Positions 25,882 to 34,484 of a stretch of DNA of 52,781 nt are shown here, in pieces (positions within the stretch are counted from its first letter, which is position 1; every line of letters starts with the position of its first letter). The stretch comes from Polyangiales bacterium (GTDB lineage: Bacteria > Myxococcota_A > Polyangia > Polyangiales > DASUME01), in NCBI GenBank assembly GCA_038257655.1, contig JBBSJC010000001.1:1-52781 (forward strand), read 5' to 3'. The position numbers and the translations under genes were made by a program. The notes under the pieces were generated by a model. That model made no database searches. It was not told the origin of the DNA and saw only the letters and a program-made list of their open reading frames with translations.

Positions 25882-26507
25882 GCGAGCACATCAAGGCCGA
25901 GCAGTCCATGGCATTGGTCGCGCTCGCAGCGGACGATCCGGAGCGTCTGCAAGCCGAGCAACACGCCCAAGGCTGCAGTGCGTGCCGGTCCACCCTCGAC
26001 GAAGCTGCACTGATGCTCAGCTGGGTCGACGCTTATGCGCCGATGCCAGTCGTCAATCCGGCGTTGAAGGCGCGCATCCAAAACGCCGTGCTCAGCACTC
26101 AGGTACAAGCCACGCGCTTCGACTCAGCCAAGGGTTCCCGCATCGTATCGAAGTGGCTGCTGGCGCTGGGTGTATTGTCGTCGGCGCTGTTGGCTTGGCT
26201 GAGCTCCGAACCCGGCGCACTCGCGCCCGCACAAGGTCTGCACTGCGTGATGTTCGAAACCATGACCGCAGTCGCTCCGTTCGCCGTCGCGGCCTATTTG
26301 GGTATGCGCGGCAAGATCGCTTTGCAGCCGCTCAACCTCGCCACCGTCAGCATGGCCGGTGCGCTGGCAGGCCAAGTGATCTTGCAATCTCGTTGCCCTG
26401 ACCATGCCACGCCCCATCTTTTTGCATTTCACGTGGCCGGGGTAGTGTTGGCGGCAGCGTTGGGCTACACCGCCACCGTGGGCCTGCGAGGGCTGCAAAA
26501 GGCGTAG
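25878..26507 (+). CDS. membrane anti-sigma factor with an N-terminal zinc-finger (H-x3-C-x2-C) motif
   Basis: An ATGA overlap links it to the sigma gene. The motif HAQGCSAC lies near the N-terminus, followed by about 4 hydrophobic helices. Confidence 0.65.
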   Translation: MSEHIKAEQSMALVALAADDPERLQAEQHAQGCSACRSTLDEAALMLSWVDAYAPMPVVNPALKARIQNAVLSTQVQATRFDSAKGSRIVSKWLLALGVLSSALLAWLSSEPGALAPAQGLHCVMFETMTAVAPFAVAAYLGMRGKIALQPLNLATVSMAGALAGQVILQSRCPDHATPHLFAFHVAGVVLAAALGYTATVGLRGLQKA

Positions 26508-26636
26508 GTCTCGCCTACCGTTGCGCACGTCCCGCACGGTTTCGCCAACGTCTCGCCCCGCGTGCCTTCCGCAGTGCTGGCGGCGTGGCCATGCCCTACA
26601 CTCGCGCCAGTCCCTTCATTTTTTGCGAGTTTCGGC

Positions 26637-27008
26637 ATGGGCTTTTTTTCCAAACTGATCGGCCTGGTTCCCAAGAAGCAACCGCTGCATCTCGACGACA
26701 GCAACTTCGAAGCAGAAGTACTGAAAGCCAAAGATCCCGTGCTGGTCGATGTCTGGGGCGCCCGCTGCGCACCGTGCAAGCGGCTTGAGCCGATCATGAT
26801 GGAGCTCACCGCGCTCTACGAAGGCCGAGTCAAGGTTTGCGAAATCAGCGCGGAGACTGCGCCGCGCACCATGGCGCGCTTGCAAATCCAATCGACACCC
26901 ACCGTGCTCTACTTCAAGAACGGTAAGGAGCTTGAGCGGGTCTCCGGCTTCCGCGGCAGCTTATATCACCAGCAGAGCGTCCAAGAGTTATTCGGGATAG
27001 AAGGTTAA
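26637..27008 (+). CDS. thioredoxin (CAPC active-site variant)
   Basis: The sequence reads FEAEVLKAKDPVLVDVWGARCAPCKRLEPIMMELT...IQSTPTVLYFKNGKE. I chose the ATG at 26637 (MGFFSKL). Confidence 0.8.
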   Translation: MGFFSKLIGLVPKKQPLHLDDSNFEAEVLKAKDPVLVDVWGARCAPCKRLEPIMMELTALYEGRVKVCEISAETAPRTMARLQIQSTPTVLYFKNGKELERVSGFRGSLYHQQSVQELFGIEG

Positions 27009-27098
27009 CTTTCGTTTCGGGTCGTTCCGCCTACCTACACGAATTCGCGCATGGTTTTGCGCAGGCAAGCAGACACAACTCGCGCTACATGGACGGCC

Positions 27099-28424
27099 AT
27101 GAGTCGTAGCACTGCTGTGATCGGAGCGGGCGCCGCAGGTTGTGCCGCCGCCCATGCGCTCGCGCAAAAGGGAAGGCGCGTGGTGTTGTTCGAGCGTGCC
27201 GCCGAAATTGGCGGGCGCACTACCACCTGGCGTAAGGATGGTCTGCAGATCGACTCCGGAGCAGGGTTTTTCACCAATTTCTATCCCACCCTCGAAGCGC
27301 TGATGCCCAAGCTCGGCATCCGCGATCAAGTCAACGTGCTTTCGCGACATAGCGTGCTGGTGCAAGACGGTAAGCGCGGTGAGCTGACCCTAGGCTCGGT
27401 GGGTTCGTTCGTGCGCTTTCCGTTCCTGGGCGCGCGCGACAAGCTGCGCATGGCGAGCGCGACCGCGTGGCTTACCATGCGCTACTCAGGCCTCGATATT
27501 ACCTCACCACACAGTCTGAGCGAGCTTGACGATCGCTCCATCGCGCAGGACGCGCGCGAGCGTGTCGGTGAGAACGCATACCAAGTCGTGGTGCGTTCAG
27601 GCATCGAGCCGTTTTGGTATTTCTCGTGTGAGGAGGTGTCGCGCGCGCTCGCTATCGCCTTGCAAGCTCGCGCCGCCACAGCGCGCTTCTTTGCGTTTCG
27701 CGAGGGGATGGATAGTATCTGTCGCGCGCTCGCCGCCGGCATCGAGACTCAGACATCTGCCGAGGTACAGCCGCTCATCTGCGAAACAGACGGCCGCTTT
27801 TTAGTGCGCTTTTCGCGCGACGGGCAGCTGTTTGAGGAGCGCTTCGATGAATTGGTGATGGCAACCACCGCCTCGGTCGCCCACAAGCTTAGCGCCGAGC
27901 TCGGCGAAGTCGTGCCGCCGGCGATGCGCGAGTTTCTAGCAAGCCAAAGCTACGTGCCCAACGTGCATGCCACCTTCATCGTCGAGCGCGATGCTTGCCC
28001 GCCCGGCACAAGCTCGATGTTCCCCTGCGGGCCTGCGCAAAAGCGCGTGGCGGCCCTGAGCTTCAACAGCTTCAAGCGTCAATGCGGCGATGCGTTGAGT
28101 GCCGACAAGGAGCTCGTGTGCGTATTTCTCACCGCCGACGAGAGCCGCTCCTTGCTCGCTGCGAGTGAGGCCGAGATCTACGAGCGCTGCTGGAGTCTGG
28201 CGCGAGACTTCTGTCCCGAGCTGCCCGCGCAGGCCATACCTTTTCGCTCGATCGCGCGCAGCGAAGCCATCCCTGTGCACAGTGTGGGCCGCTTCCGCCG
28301 CGCCGCCGCCCTAGACGAGCTCACGCCTTCACCGGTGGTGTTTGCCGGCGACTACTTGACCGCGGCCACAGTAGACGGCGCCCTGCGCTCGGGACTACGC
28401 GCGGCCGACAAGCTTCTCACATAA
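27099..28424 (+). CDS. FAD-dependent oxidoreductase (amine oxidase/protoporphyrinogen oxidase/phytoene desaturase superfamily)
   Basis: The N-terminal dinucleotide fold reads AVIGAGAAGCAAAHALAQKGRRVVLFERAAEIGGR, and the C-terminal FAD motif reads VVFAGDYLTAATVDGALRSG. Confidence 0.7.
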   Translation: MSRSTAVIGAGAAGCAAAHALAQKGRRVVLFERAAEIGGRTTTWRKDGLQIDSGAGFFTNFYPTLEALMPKLGIRDQVNVLSRHSVLVQDGKRGELTLGSVGSFVRFPFLGARDKLRMASATAWLTMRYSGLDITSPHSLSELDDRSIAQDARERVGENAYQVVVRSGIEPFWYFSCEEVSRALAIALQARAATARFFAFREGMDSICRALAAGIETQTSAEVQPLICETDGRFLVRFSRDGQLFEERFDELVMATTASVAHKLSAELGEVVPPAMREFLASQSYVPNVHATFIVERDACPPGTSSMFPCGPAQKRVAALSFNSFKRQCGDALSADKELVCVFLTADESRSLLAASEAEIYERCWSLARDFCPELPAQAIPFRSIARSEAIPVHSVGRFRRAAALDELTPSPVVFAGDYLTAATVDGALRSGLRAADKLLT

Positions 28425-28878
28425 GGTGCGCCGCCAAAGCGAGTAGCTCCGCGCTCGCATCGCGGCCGTCATCGAGCGCATTCTGATCGCACACGCGCAC
28501 CACATCGCCTTCGATTTCGACGCTGCGCGTCTTATCGACGAGCAGGATCAATGCGAGCTGCACGCGACGTTCCCCGAGCAAGCGCCCGGTGGCTTCTTTG
28601 GTGCTTGTGATCACGAACACATGGTCATCAAACCAGCTGGAGCCCACTTCCACTTCTTCGATGAACAGCTTTTTGGCGCGGGCGATCAGGCCCTCGCGCA
28701 CAAATCGCGCACTGATATTAGTCGGCTTGGGTAAACGCACCTCAAGCACGCGCGAGCGTATGATTTTGTCGTCGTCGCCGACCTCACTGCGTTGTCCAGC
28801 TTCGATGGTAACCCCGAGCGCGTGCGCGGCAGCGTCGAGATCGGCTTTGAGCACATCGTGATCAAGGGAGGAACTCAT
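28417..28878 (-). CDS. hypothetical protein
   Basis: The 153-aa ORF from the ATG at 28878 (MSSSLDHDV) has coding-like composition. I recognised no motif. Confidence 0.45.
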   Translation of the reverse strand: MSSSLDHDVLKADLDAAAHALGVTIEAGQRSEVGDDDKIIRSRVLEVRLPKPTNISARFVREGLIARAKKLFIEEVEVGSSWFDDHVFVITSTKEATGRLLGERRVQLALILLVDKTRSVEIEGDVVRVCDQNALDDGRDASAELLALAAHLM

Positions 28879-29005
28879 GCTTGCGAGCCTACCGCGAAGC
28901 ACAGCCCACGGCGATGTGCTCAGGCAAGGGTCTGTCGGCGCGCCTCACAACGCCGCAATGAGGAACATGCCAGAACAGGGGGCAGCAGCAGGCGGCAGCA
29001 GGCCG

Positions 29006-30526
29006 TTACCGAAGCTCGCTGTGCGCGCGTGCGTGCATACGCACCACCAGACCCTGACGGGCATGGCGAAGATCGCTAAACGTAGGCACACCCTCAGAGC
29101 GCAGGCTGAGCGAGCCAAATAGCACCAGCGGCGCCTGCAGCTTCACGCGCACGGCCTCGAGATATTCGTCTCCGAGCGTGCGGAGCGCCAGGCCTTGATC
29201 CTTGGCAAACTCCGCGAGCAGCGCGCTTTCATCGAGCTGAACTTGACGCAACGCCGCACGAGAGCCCGTGGTGAATCGCACGCCCGACGAGAGCACGAGT
29301 CTGTCGCCCCGCAGCTTGGGCTCGGCTTCGAGGTAAACCGTAAGCTCCCCTTGCTCACGCGCCAAGCTCAGAGCGAGCACCAAGCGGCCAGACAGTTTGT
29401 CGACACCAAGCACGTCGAGTTTGTTCACGCGAAAGTCATCTTGCGTGAAGCCTGTCAGCGCCTTACTCAGGTCGCGGGCGAGGCGATCAAAGCTCACCGC
29501 CATGTCAAAGGTAAGGTCGGTCGATAGGCCCTGCGGGTCGCGGCGCGTGGGCAGCTCCCGCGCGACGTCCGGTTCAGCGCCGTCGAACAGTACACGCAGC
29601 TGCAATTCCAGCGGCAGGCTAGCACGTGCGCCTTGGCCGCCGAGCGCGCCCATCGCGACCTCCTCGACCGCGAGCCTGAGTGAGCTGCCCTCGATCGATG
29701 GCGTAGCGTGCGCAAGCGCGCGCAGGGTCCGTGCAAGCAACGAGCGGACATCCGTGGCACGCGCCACGCGCCGATCAAGCTCAGCGAGCAGCTGCGGCGA
29801 AGTGGCTTCGATCGCTCGCTTCAGCTGGGCGTGCACTTCCGTGGCCGCTTGCGCGCGCGGCACGCAGACCTTGATCACGATCCGGCCGCACAAAGCGTCG
29901 CCCGCTGGCGCTGTAAAGCTTACCTGCTCGAGCGTGATGCGCGTGGTCAGCGCAAACGTGGGCGATAACGTGGGCGTGAGCGCCAGCGTGACCAAAACAC
30001 TACCGGGGCTCGTTTCCGTACCCCACGCGGTGCCTCGGCTCAGCCAGGCTTTGCCGAAGGGTGTGGCGAGTTGCGCGCGCGCTTTGCCCCAGTACGCGAC
30101 CCGCGCTTGGATGCGCAGAACGCCATCTTTCATGCCGAGCTTGAGCTTGGCCACGCGCGCTTGCATTCGCGTATCGACCTGAGGGTTGGCACCATCCCCG
30201 GTGACGCGCGTCCAGTCCGCTTGGCGCAGGGGCAACTCGCTGTTCAACAGCTCGGTCAAGAGCGGCTCGAGCAGACTTAGGTCCATCCCGAGTGCCAGCG
30301 CGAACGTGGATACGGGCAAAGGTGGGGTCTTATCCCTGCGTTCGACTAAGGCGGGCACAGGCAGCTTCGGTAGCGGCAGCTGAACGCAAGCCGCGCACAC
30401 AGCCACAGCTCCCACAGCCCCCAAGGACAGCCACGCCGGCGATGCCAAGCGTGCCAGCGAGCCCAGCCAGCCCAGCCAGCCTGAACGGGCCGGCGATGGC
30501 GCGCGCCGGGAGACACCACTAGGCAT
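29006..30526 (-). CDS. hypothetical membrane-anchored or secreted protein (possibly DUF4403-like)
   Basis: This large ORF has one N-terminal hydrophobic segment (WLSLGAVGAVAVCAAC). I chose the Met at 30526; the ORF start is at 30619. The DUF4403 assignment rests on overall length and pattern only. Confidence 0.5.
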   Translation of the reverse strand: MPSGVSRRAPSPARSGWLGWLGSLARLASPAWLSLGAVGAVAVCAACVQLPLPKLPVPALVERRDKTPPLPVSTFALALGMDLSLLEPLLTELLNSELPLRQADWTRVTGDGANPQVDTRMQARVAKLKLGMKDGVLRIQARVAYWGKARAQLATPFGKAWLSRGTAWGTETSPGSVLVTLALTPTLSPTFALTTRITLEQVSFTAPAGDALCGRIVIKVCVPRAQAATEVHAQLKRAIEATSPQLLAELDRRVARATDVRSLLARTLRALAHATPSIEGSSLRLAVEEVAMGALGGQGARASLPLELQLRVLFDGAEPDVARELPTRRDPQGLSTDLTFDMAVSFDRLARDLSKALTGFTQDDFRVNKLDVLGVDKLSGRLVLALSLAREQGELTVYLEAEPKLRGDRLVLSSGVRFTTGSRAALRQVQLDESALLAEFAKDQGLALRTLGDEYLEAVRVKLQAPLVLFGSLSLRSEGVPTFSDLRHARQGLVVRMHARAHSELR

Positions 30527-30666
30527 GGGAGCGGACACGTTTCCTCGCTGGTCTCGCGCGACCCGATAAGCCGGGACGGGGCGAAGCATTTCGTAAGAGG
30601 GCCAACAGGGCAACCGCATGGGCGGTCGCGCTCGATCTCGGCCGCGCCCTGCAGCACACTATACAA

Positions 30667-31482
30667 ATGCGCTGTTCGCTTTGGCTCGCTTTGGCGGTTT
30701 GTTCTTTGCCCTTGCAGGCGCGCGCCGATCGCGTGCACCTGGTCGGTGGCGCCGTGATCGAAGGCGATGCGACTCGCGTGGGCGAAAAGGTCTTGCTCGA
30801 GGTGCAGTCAGGTCAACTTACTTTACCAGTGGCCAGTGTCGTACGCATCGAAGAGAGCGAGACCGATGTTGAGCGCGTGCAGAAACGTCTCGACAAGCTC
30901 AGGCCCGACGATGTCAACGGCTTGTTGGCGCTTGCGAGTTTCTGTCGTGACCACGACATGCGTGGCCGCGAGCGCGAGCTTTTGCAAAAGGTGATCGCCG
31001 TCGCACCCGACCATCCAGAAGCGCGCGCGCGCCTGGGCTATGTCAAAGGTGCAGAAGGGCACTGGCTTACGCGCGACGAACAACGCCGCGCACAGGGACT
31101 CGTGCTTTACGCTGGCAGCTGGCTGACACCGGCGCAGCGCCTCGAGCTCGAACAGCGCGAAGCGGAAGCCAGGCTCGCCAAGATCGCCCGCGACAAAGCG
31201 GAGCTTGAGCTTGAGATCCAGAAGCTCGCGCTTGCCCAAAAGCGCCTCGAAGCGGAGCACGCCGCGCGCCCGCGACAGGAACCGAACCCTGAGGATCTCT
31301 GGCGTATGTTCCCGCCCGTCTACGTGGGGCCTGTAGTAAGCCCAGGCGGTGGCTGTATTGGCGGAACCTGCATGCCATCAGGCTGGAATGGGCCTGAGCC
31401 CTTCCCTATTCCGGGTGTACGCGACCCCCGCGACATGACCTTTTCGATCCCGGGCGCCAAGGATCCTCGCAGCTACTACTGA
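30667..31482 (+). CDS. secreted hypothetical protein with a coiled-coil segment
   Basis: The signal peptide is MRCSLWLALAVCSLPLQARA. A Glu/Ala/Lys/Leu-rich heptad-like stretch (LELEQREAEARLAKIARDKAELELEIQKLALAQKRLEAE) and a Pro/Gly-rich tail follow. Confidence 0.55.
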   Translation: MRCSLWLALAVCSLPLQARADRVHLVGGAVIEGDATRVGEKVLLEVQSGQLTLPVASVVRIEESETDVERVQKRLDKLRPDDVNGLLALASFCRDHDMRGRERELLQKVIAVAPDHPEARARLGYVKGAEGHWLTRDEQRRAQGLVLYAGSWLTPAQRLELEQREAEARLAKIARDKAELELEIQKLALAQKRLEAEHAARPRQEPNPEDLWRMFPPVYVGPVVSPGGGCIGGTCMPSGWNGPEPFPIPGVRDPRDMTFSIPGAKDPRSYY

Positions 31483-31555
31483 AGCGACGGCACAACCCTC
31501 AGATCTGCGCGTTTTTTATCGTACGGCAGAGCGCGGGGGGATACTCTGAGTACGG

Positions 31556-32158
31556 ATGTCTCGTTCAGCCGTCGCCGATTTCATCGAAAGCTTCGAGGAG
31601 CCACGTTGGCATGCGCCGCTTTCCCTAGAACCCTACCTGAGCGGCGCCCCCGGGCACGGAACCGTCAAGGGCATGTTCTTTACGTGCGTGACCACGCTCG
31701 CGCGTGCCAAGTCGAGCAGCGTGCCCGGTCGCGAGAGCTACACGGGATTTAAGAGCTATCCGATTCGCGAGTGGCTCGAATTGCTTCCAGAGTGCGCCCG
31801 CGTCGCGTTTCCGCGCTTGCCCATCCGCTCCGCCCTGTTCGAAACGGGCTTTCACATCTATCGAACGTTCAGCGAGTCGACCGTGGGACGCGTCGTCATG
31901 AGCGTCGCCGGACGCGACGTCCACGCGGCGATCCGGCTCACTGAACGCGCTTACCAAGCGGTGAACTCCCCGAGCAGCGTCAAAGTCCTAGAACACAGCG
32001 AACAGCGCGCCGTCTTTGCGCTGCGCAACTTCTGGGAGTACCCAGACTGTTATCAAGCCGGTGTGCTCGCAGCAGGCGTGCAGGCCTACGGCGTCAAACC
32101 GCAGGTCCGTGTCCGTCTATTGAGCAAGTGCGACTGCGACGTGGAGCTTTCCTGGTAG
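31556..32158 (+). CDS. hypothetical protein, TIGR02265/DUF2378-like (Myxococcus paralogous family)
   Basis: The 200-aa cytoplasmic ORF has the size and the early TVKGMFF element that I associate with that family. This is an unverified recollection. Confidence 0.4.
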   Translation: MSRSAVADFIESFEEPRWHAPLSLEPYLSGAPGHGTVKGMFFTCVTTLARAKSSSVPGRESYTGFKSYPIREWLELLPECARVAFPRLPIRSALFETGFHIYRTFSESTVGRVVMSVAGRDVHAAIRLTERAYQAVNSPSSVKVLEHSEQRAVFALRNFWEYPDCYQAGVLAAGVQAYGVKPQVRVRLLSKCDCDVELSW

Positions 32159-32207
32159 CGCGCAACAACCTCAAGGGCCCTCCATAACCCTCAATTGCGC
32201 CTGGCCT

Positions 32208-33227
32208 TCAGCCAACTCTTTCGATGCGCCCATCTGAGTGTCTGGCAAAGCGACCTTCCTCGCGCGCATGCACCGGCGCATCGCTCGGCCAGGGCCAGCC
32301 GCCGAACTGGGTACGCCGGTAATCCGTGAAAGCCTGTTGAATCTCGGCGACCGTGTTCATCACAAAGGGGCCGTGCTGCGCCACGGGTTCGCCTATCGGT
32401 CGCCCCTGCAGCAGCACAAGCTCACTTTCATCGGGCCCGTTTTGGAGGCTCACCGGCAGCTCGGGGCGCAGGGCCACGCCCACCGCTGAAGAAAGCGCGC
32501 GCTCGGCAATACGCAAGGAGCTGCCGCGAAAAAAGTACAGGGTGCGATTGCTGCCCGCAGCGGCGGCAGACAGCGTCCACTCAGCGTAAGGCTCCATCTT
32601 GATCGTCCAGATCGCGACATCGGAATCCGTCTGTGCAGCCCAGGATTTCGGCGGTGGTGGCGGCGCGCCAAGATCGCCGAGGCGGCCCGCGACGACGGTA
32701 ACCTCCGTCCTACGGCCCGCCGCATCACGCGCGACATGCCGCGGGATCGTCTGATCCCACAACATCGCAAAGTGCGGCTCGACGAGCTTGTTCGCCCTGG
32801 GCAGGTTGAGCCAAATCTGGAACAACTCGACGGGATTCTTACCCTTCTGATCGAGCAGCGGAAACATCTCCGAGTGCACAACGCCCTTGCCGGCGGTCAT
32901 CCACTGCACATCGCCGTGCCCAAAGCGTGCGGTTGCGCCCGTGGAATCCGCATGATCGATAAGGCCGCGGCGCGCCAAGGTCACGGTCTCAAAGCCGCGG
33001 TGGGGATGCTGCGGAAAACCGGGCACCACGTGACCGTGGTACATGCGAAAGCCGTCCTTACCCGCGAAGTCTTGACCGATGTCGCGGCCGGCGAGCGAGG
33101 TGGCAGGCCCTAGCGCTTCGTTGCCAGCCGGGTAGGCATCGTTGTGATGAACGCAAAAGAGAAACGGATCGGCCGTCTCCCAGACGAAACCGAGCGGCTT
33201 CACAGTCAATACGGCATTCTGGCTCAT
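32208..33227 (-). CDS. pirin family protein
   Basis: The bicupin protein contains HPHRGFETVTLARRGLIDHADSTG...GDVQWMTAGKGVVHSE. I chose the ATG at 33227 (MSQNAVLTV); the ORF start is at 33449. Confidence 0.85.
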   Translation of the reverse strand: MSQNAVLTVKPLGFVWETADPFLFCVHHNDAYPAGNEALGPATSLAGRDIGQDFAGKDGFRMYHGHVVPGFPQHPHRGFETVTLARRGLIDHADSTGATARFGHGDVQWMTAGKGVVHSEMFPLLDQKGKNPVELFQIWLNLPRANKLVEPHFAMLWDQTIPRHVARDAAGRRTEVTVVAGRLGDLGAPPPPPKSWAAQTDSDVAIWTIKMEPYAEWTLSAAAAGSNRTLYFFRGSSLRIAERALSSAVGVALRPELPVSLQNGPDESELVLLQGRPIGEPVAQHGPFVMNTVAEIQQAFTDYRRTQFGGWPWPSDAPVHAREEGRFARHSDGRIERVG

Positions 33228-33499
33228 GCTGACCTCGACCTGATGTGCAGCGGCGTTGTGACGCTGGTGAAGCATTGTCTGCAGCTCGCGCTCGAGGGTT
33301 ACACGAGGGTGCTTGCGCCCTCTGCCGCAGCACCGGTTGGCAGTACCTGTGGCGGGGCATGTCGCTGCCACGCCGCCAACGTAGTAGCCTTGGCTGAGTG
33401 AGCCTACCTCCTGAGCCCCCCCGGCCCGCAGCGTCAACACGAGCAACATCGTCGCCGCAGTCGTCGCAGGCGACGCGGCATACGTCGCCGACCCCGCGC

Positions 33500-34246
33500 A
33501 TGCGGGTTATCTCGATTTTGTTTTGGTCGTACATGTTGCTCACCAATCCCGTGCTCTGGGCGCTGGCTGTGCTGATCTTCGTGCTGACTGCACCTTTTGA
33601 TCGCAAGCGACGCATCCTGCACCTGTACACGTGTGCCTGGGCCTTTCACTACGTGAAGCTCTTGCCCCTGTGGTCGCCGCGCTTCGAAGGGCTTTCGCAC
33701 ATCCGCCGTGACCAGACCTACGTGCTCGTGGCCAATCATCAATCGTTAGGCGACATCCTCGTCCTGTTCGGTTTGTTTAGACATTTCAAGTGGGTATCCA
33801 AACGCGAAATCTTTCGCGTACCGTTCATCGGCTGGAACATGCGCATGAACGACTACGTCGGCCTCGTGCGCGGTGATGCCGCCAGTATCGAACGCATGCT
33901 CAACGAGTGTCGCAGGCATCTCAAGCTCGGCTCCTCGATCATGATCTTCCCCGAGGGCACCCGCTCCGAGGATGGTGAGATGAAAGACTTCAAGCGCGGC
34001 GCCTTCTCACTCGCCAAGGAGCTCGGTCTGCCGATCATCCCCATCGTCGTGGATGGCACACGCGACGCGCTGCCCAAACATGGTTTGGTGTTACGACAAG
34101 AGAGTGTGCTGCACATACGTGTACGCGTGCTGCCAGCGGTGCTGCCCGAGGCCGCGGAGGATGCGCGCGCACTGGGCGAGCTCGTGCGCAACCAGATGGT
34201 CACCGAGCTTGCGAAGCTACGCCAAGTGCCCGCGCCCCGAGCCTGA
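33500..34246 (+). CDS. plsC: 1-acyl-sn-glycerol-3-phosphate acyltransferase (LPLAT family)
   Basis: The HX4D block reads VLVANHQSLGDILV, and the FPEGTRS block is present after an N-terminal TM helix. I chose the ATG at 33500. Confidence 0.8.
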   Translation: MRVISILFWSYMLLTNPVLWALAVLIFVLTAPFDRKRRILHLYTCAWAFHYVKLLPLWSPRFEGLSHIRRDQTYVLVANHQSLGDILVLFGLFRHFKWVSKREIFRVPFIGWNMRMNDYVGLVRGDAASIERMLNECRRHLKLGSSIMIFPEGTRSEDGEMKDFKRGAFSLAKELGLPIIPIVVDGTRDALPKHGLVLRQESVLHIRVRVLPAVLPEAAEDARALGELVRNQMVTELAKLRQVPAPRA

Positions 34247-34279
34247 GGGGCCTACCCCTACCTCATCGAGCTCAGGCAA

Positions 34280-34330
34280 CCATACCTTTTCCGACGGCGC
34301 CATACCTTCCCGACGCTGCCATCCCGTTTG
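34280..34330. repeat. about 2.5 tandem copies of a 19-20-bp unit CCATACCTT(TT)CCGACGSYG
   Basis: The sequence reads ccataccttttccgacggcg ccataccttcccgacgctg ccatcccgtttg. It lies in the intergenic region upstream of the 748-aa protein gene. Confidence 0.8.
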
Positions 34331-34484
34331 CAGTTCCCTGCATGCAAGATGATTACCGACCGCATGCAACAGAAAGAAGAAGCCGCGCGCCTAAAAACGC
34401 AGCCGACGGTTCCGCTCGGCGGACTGTTGAGTGTAGTCTGAGGAGACAAGGTAAGAGCGCACGCTGCCGCGGCCCAGGGAGAAG

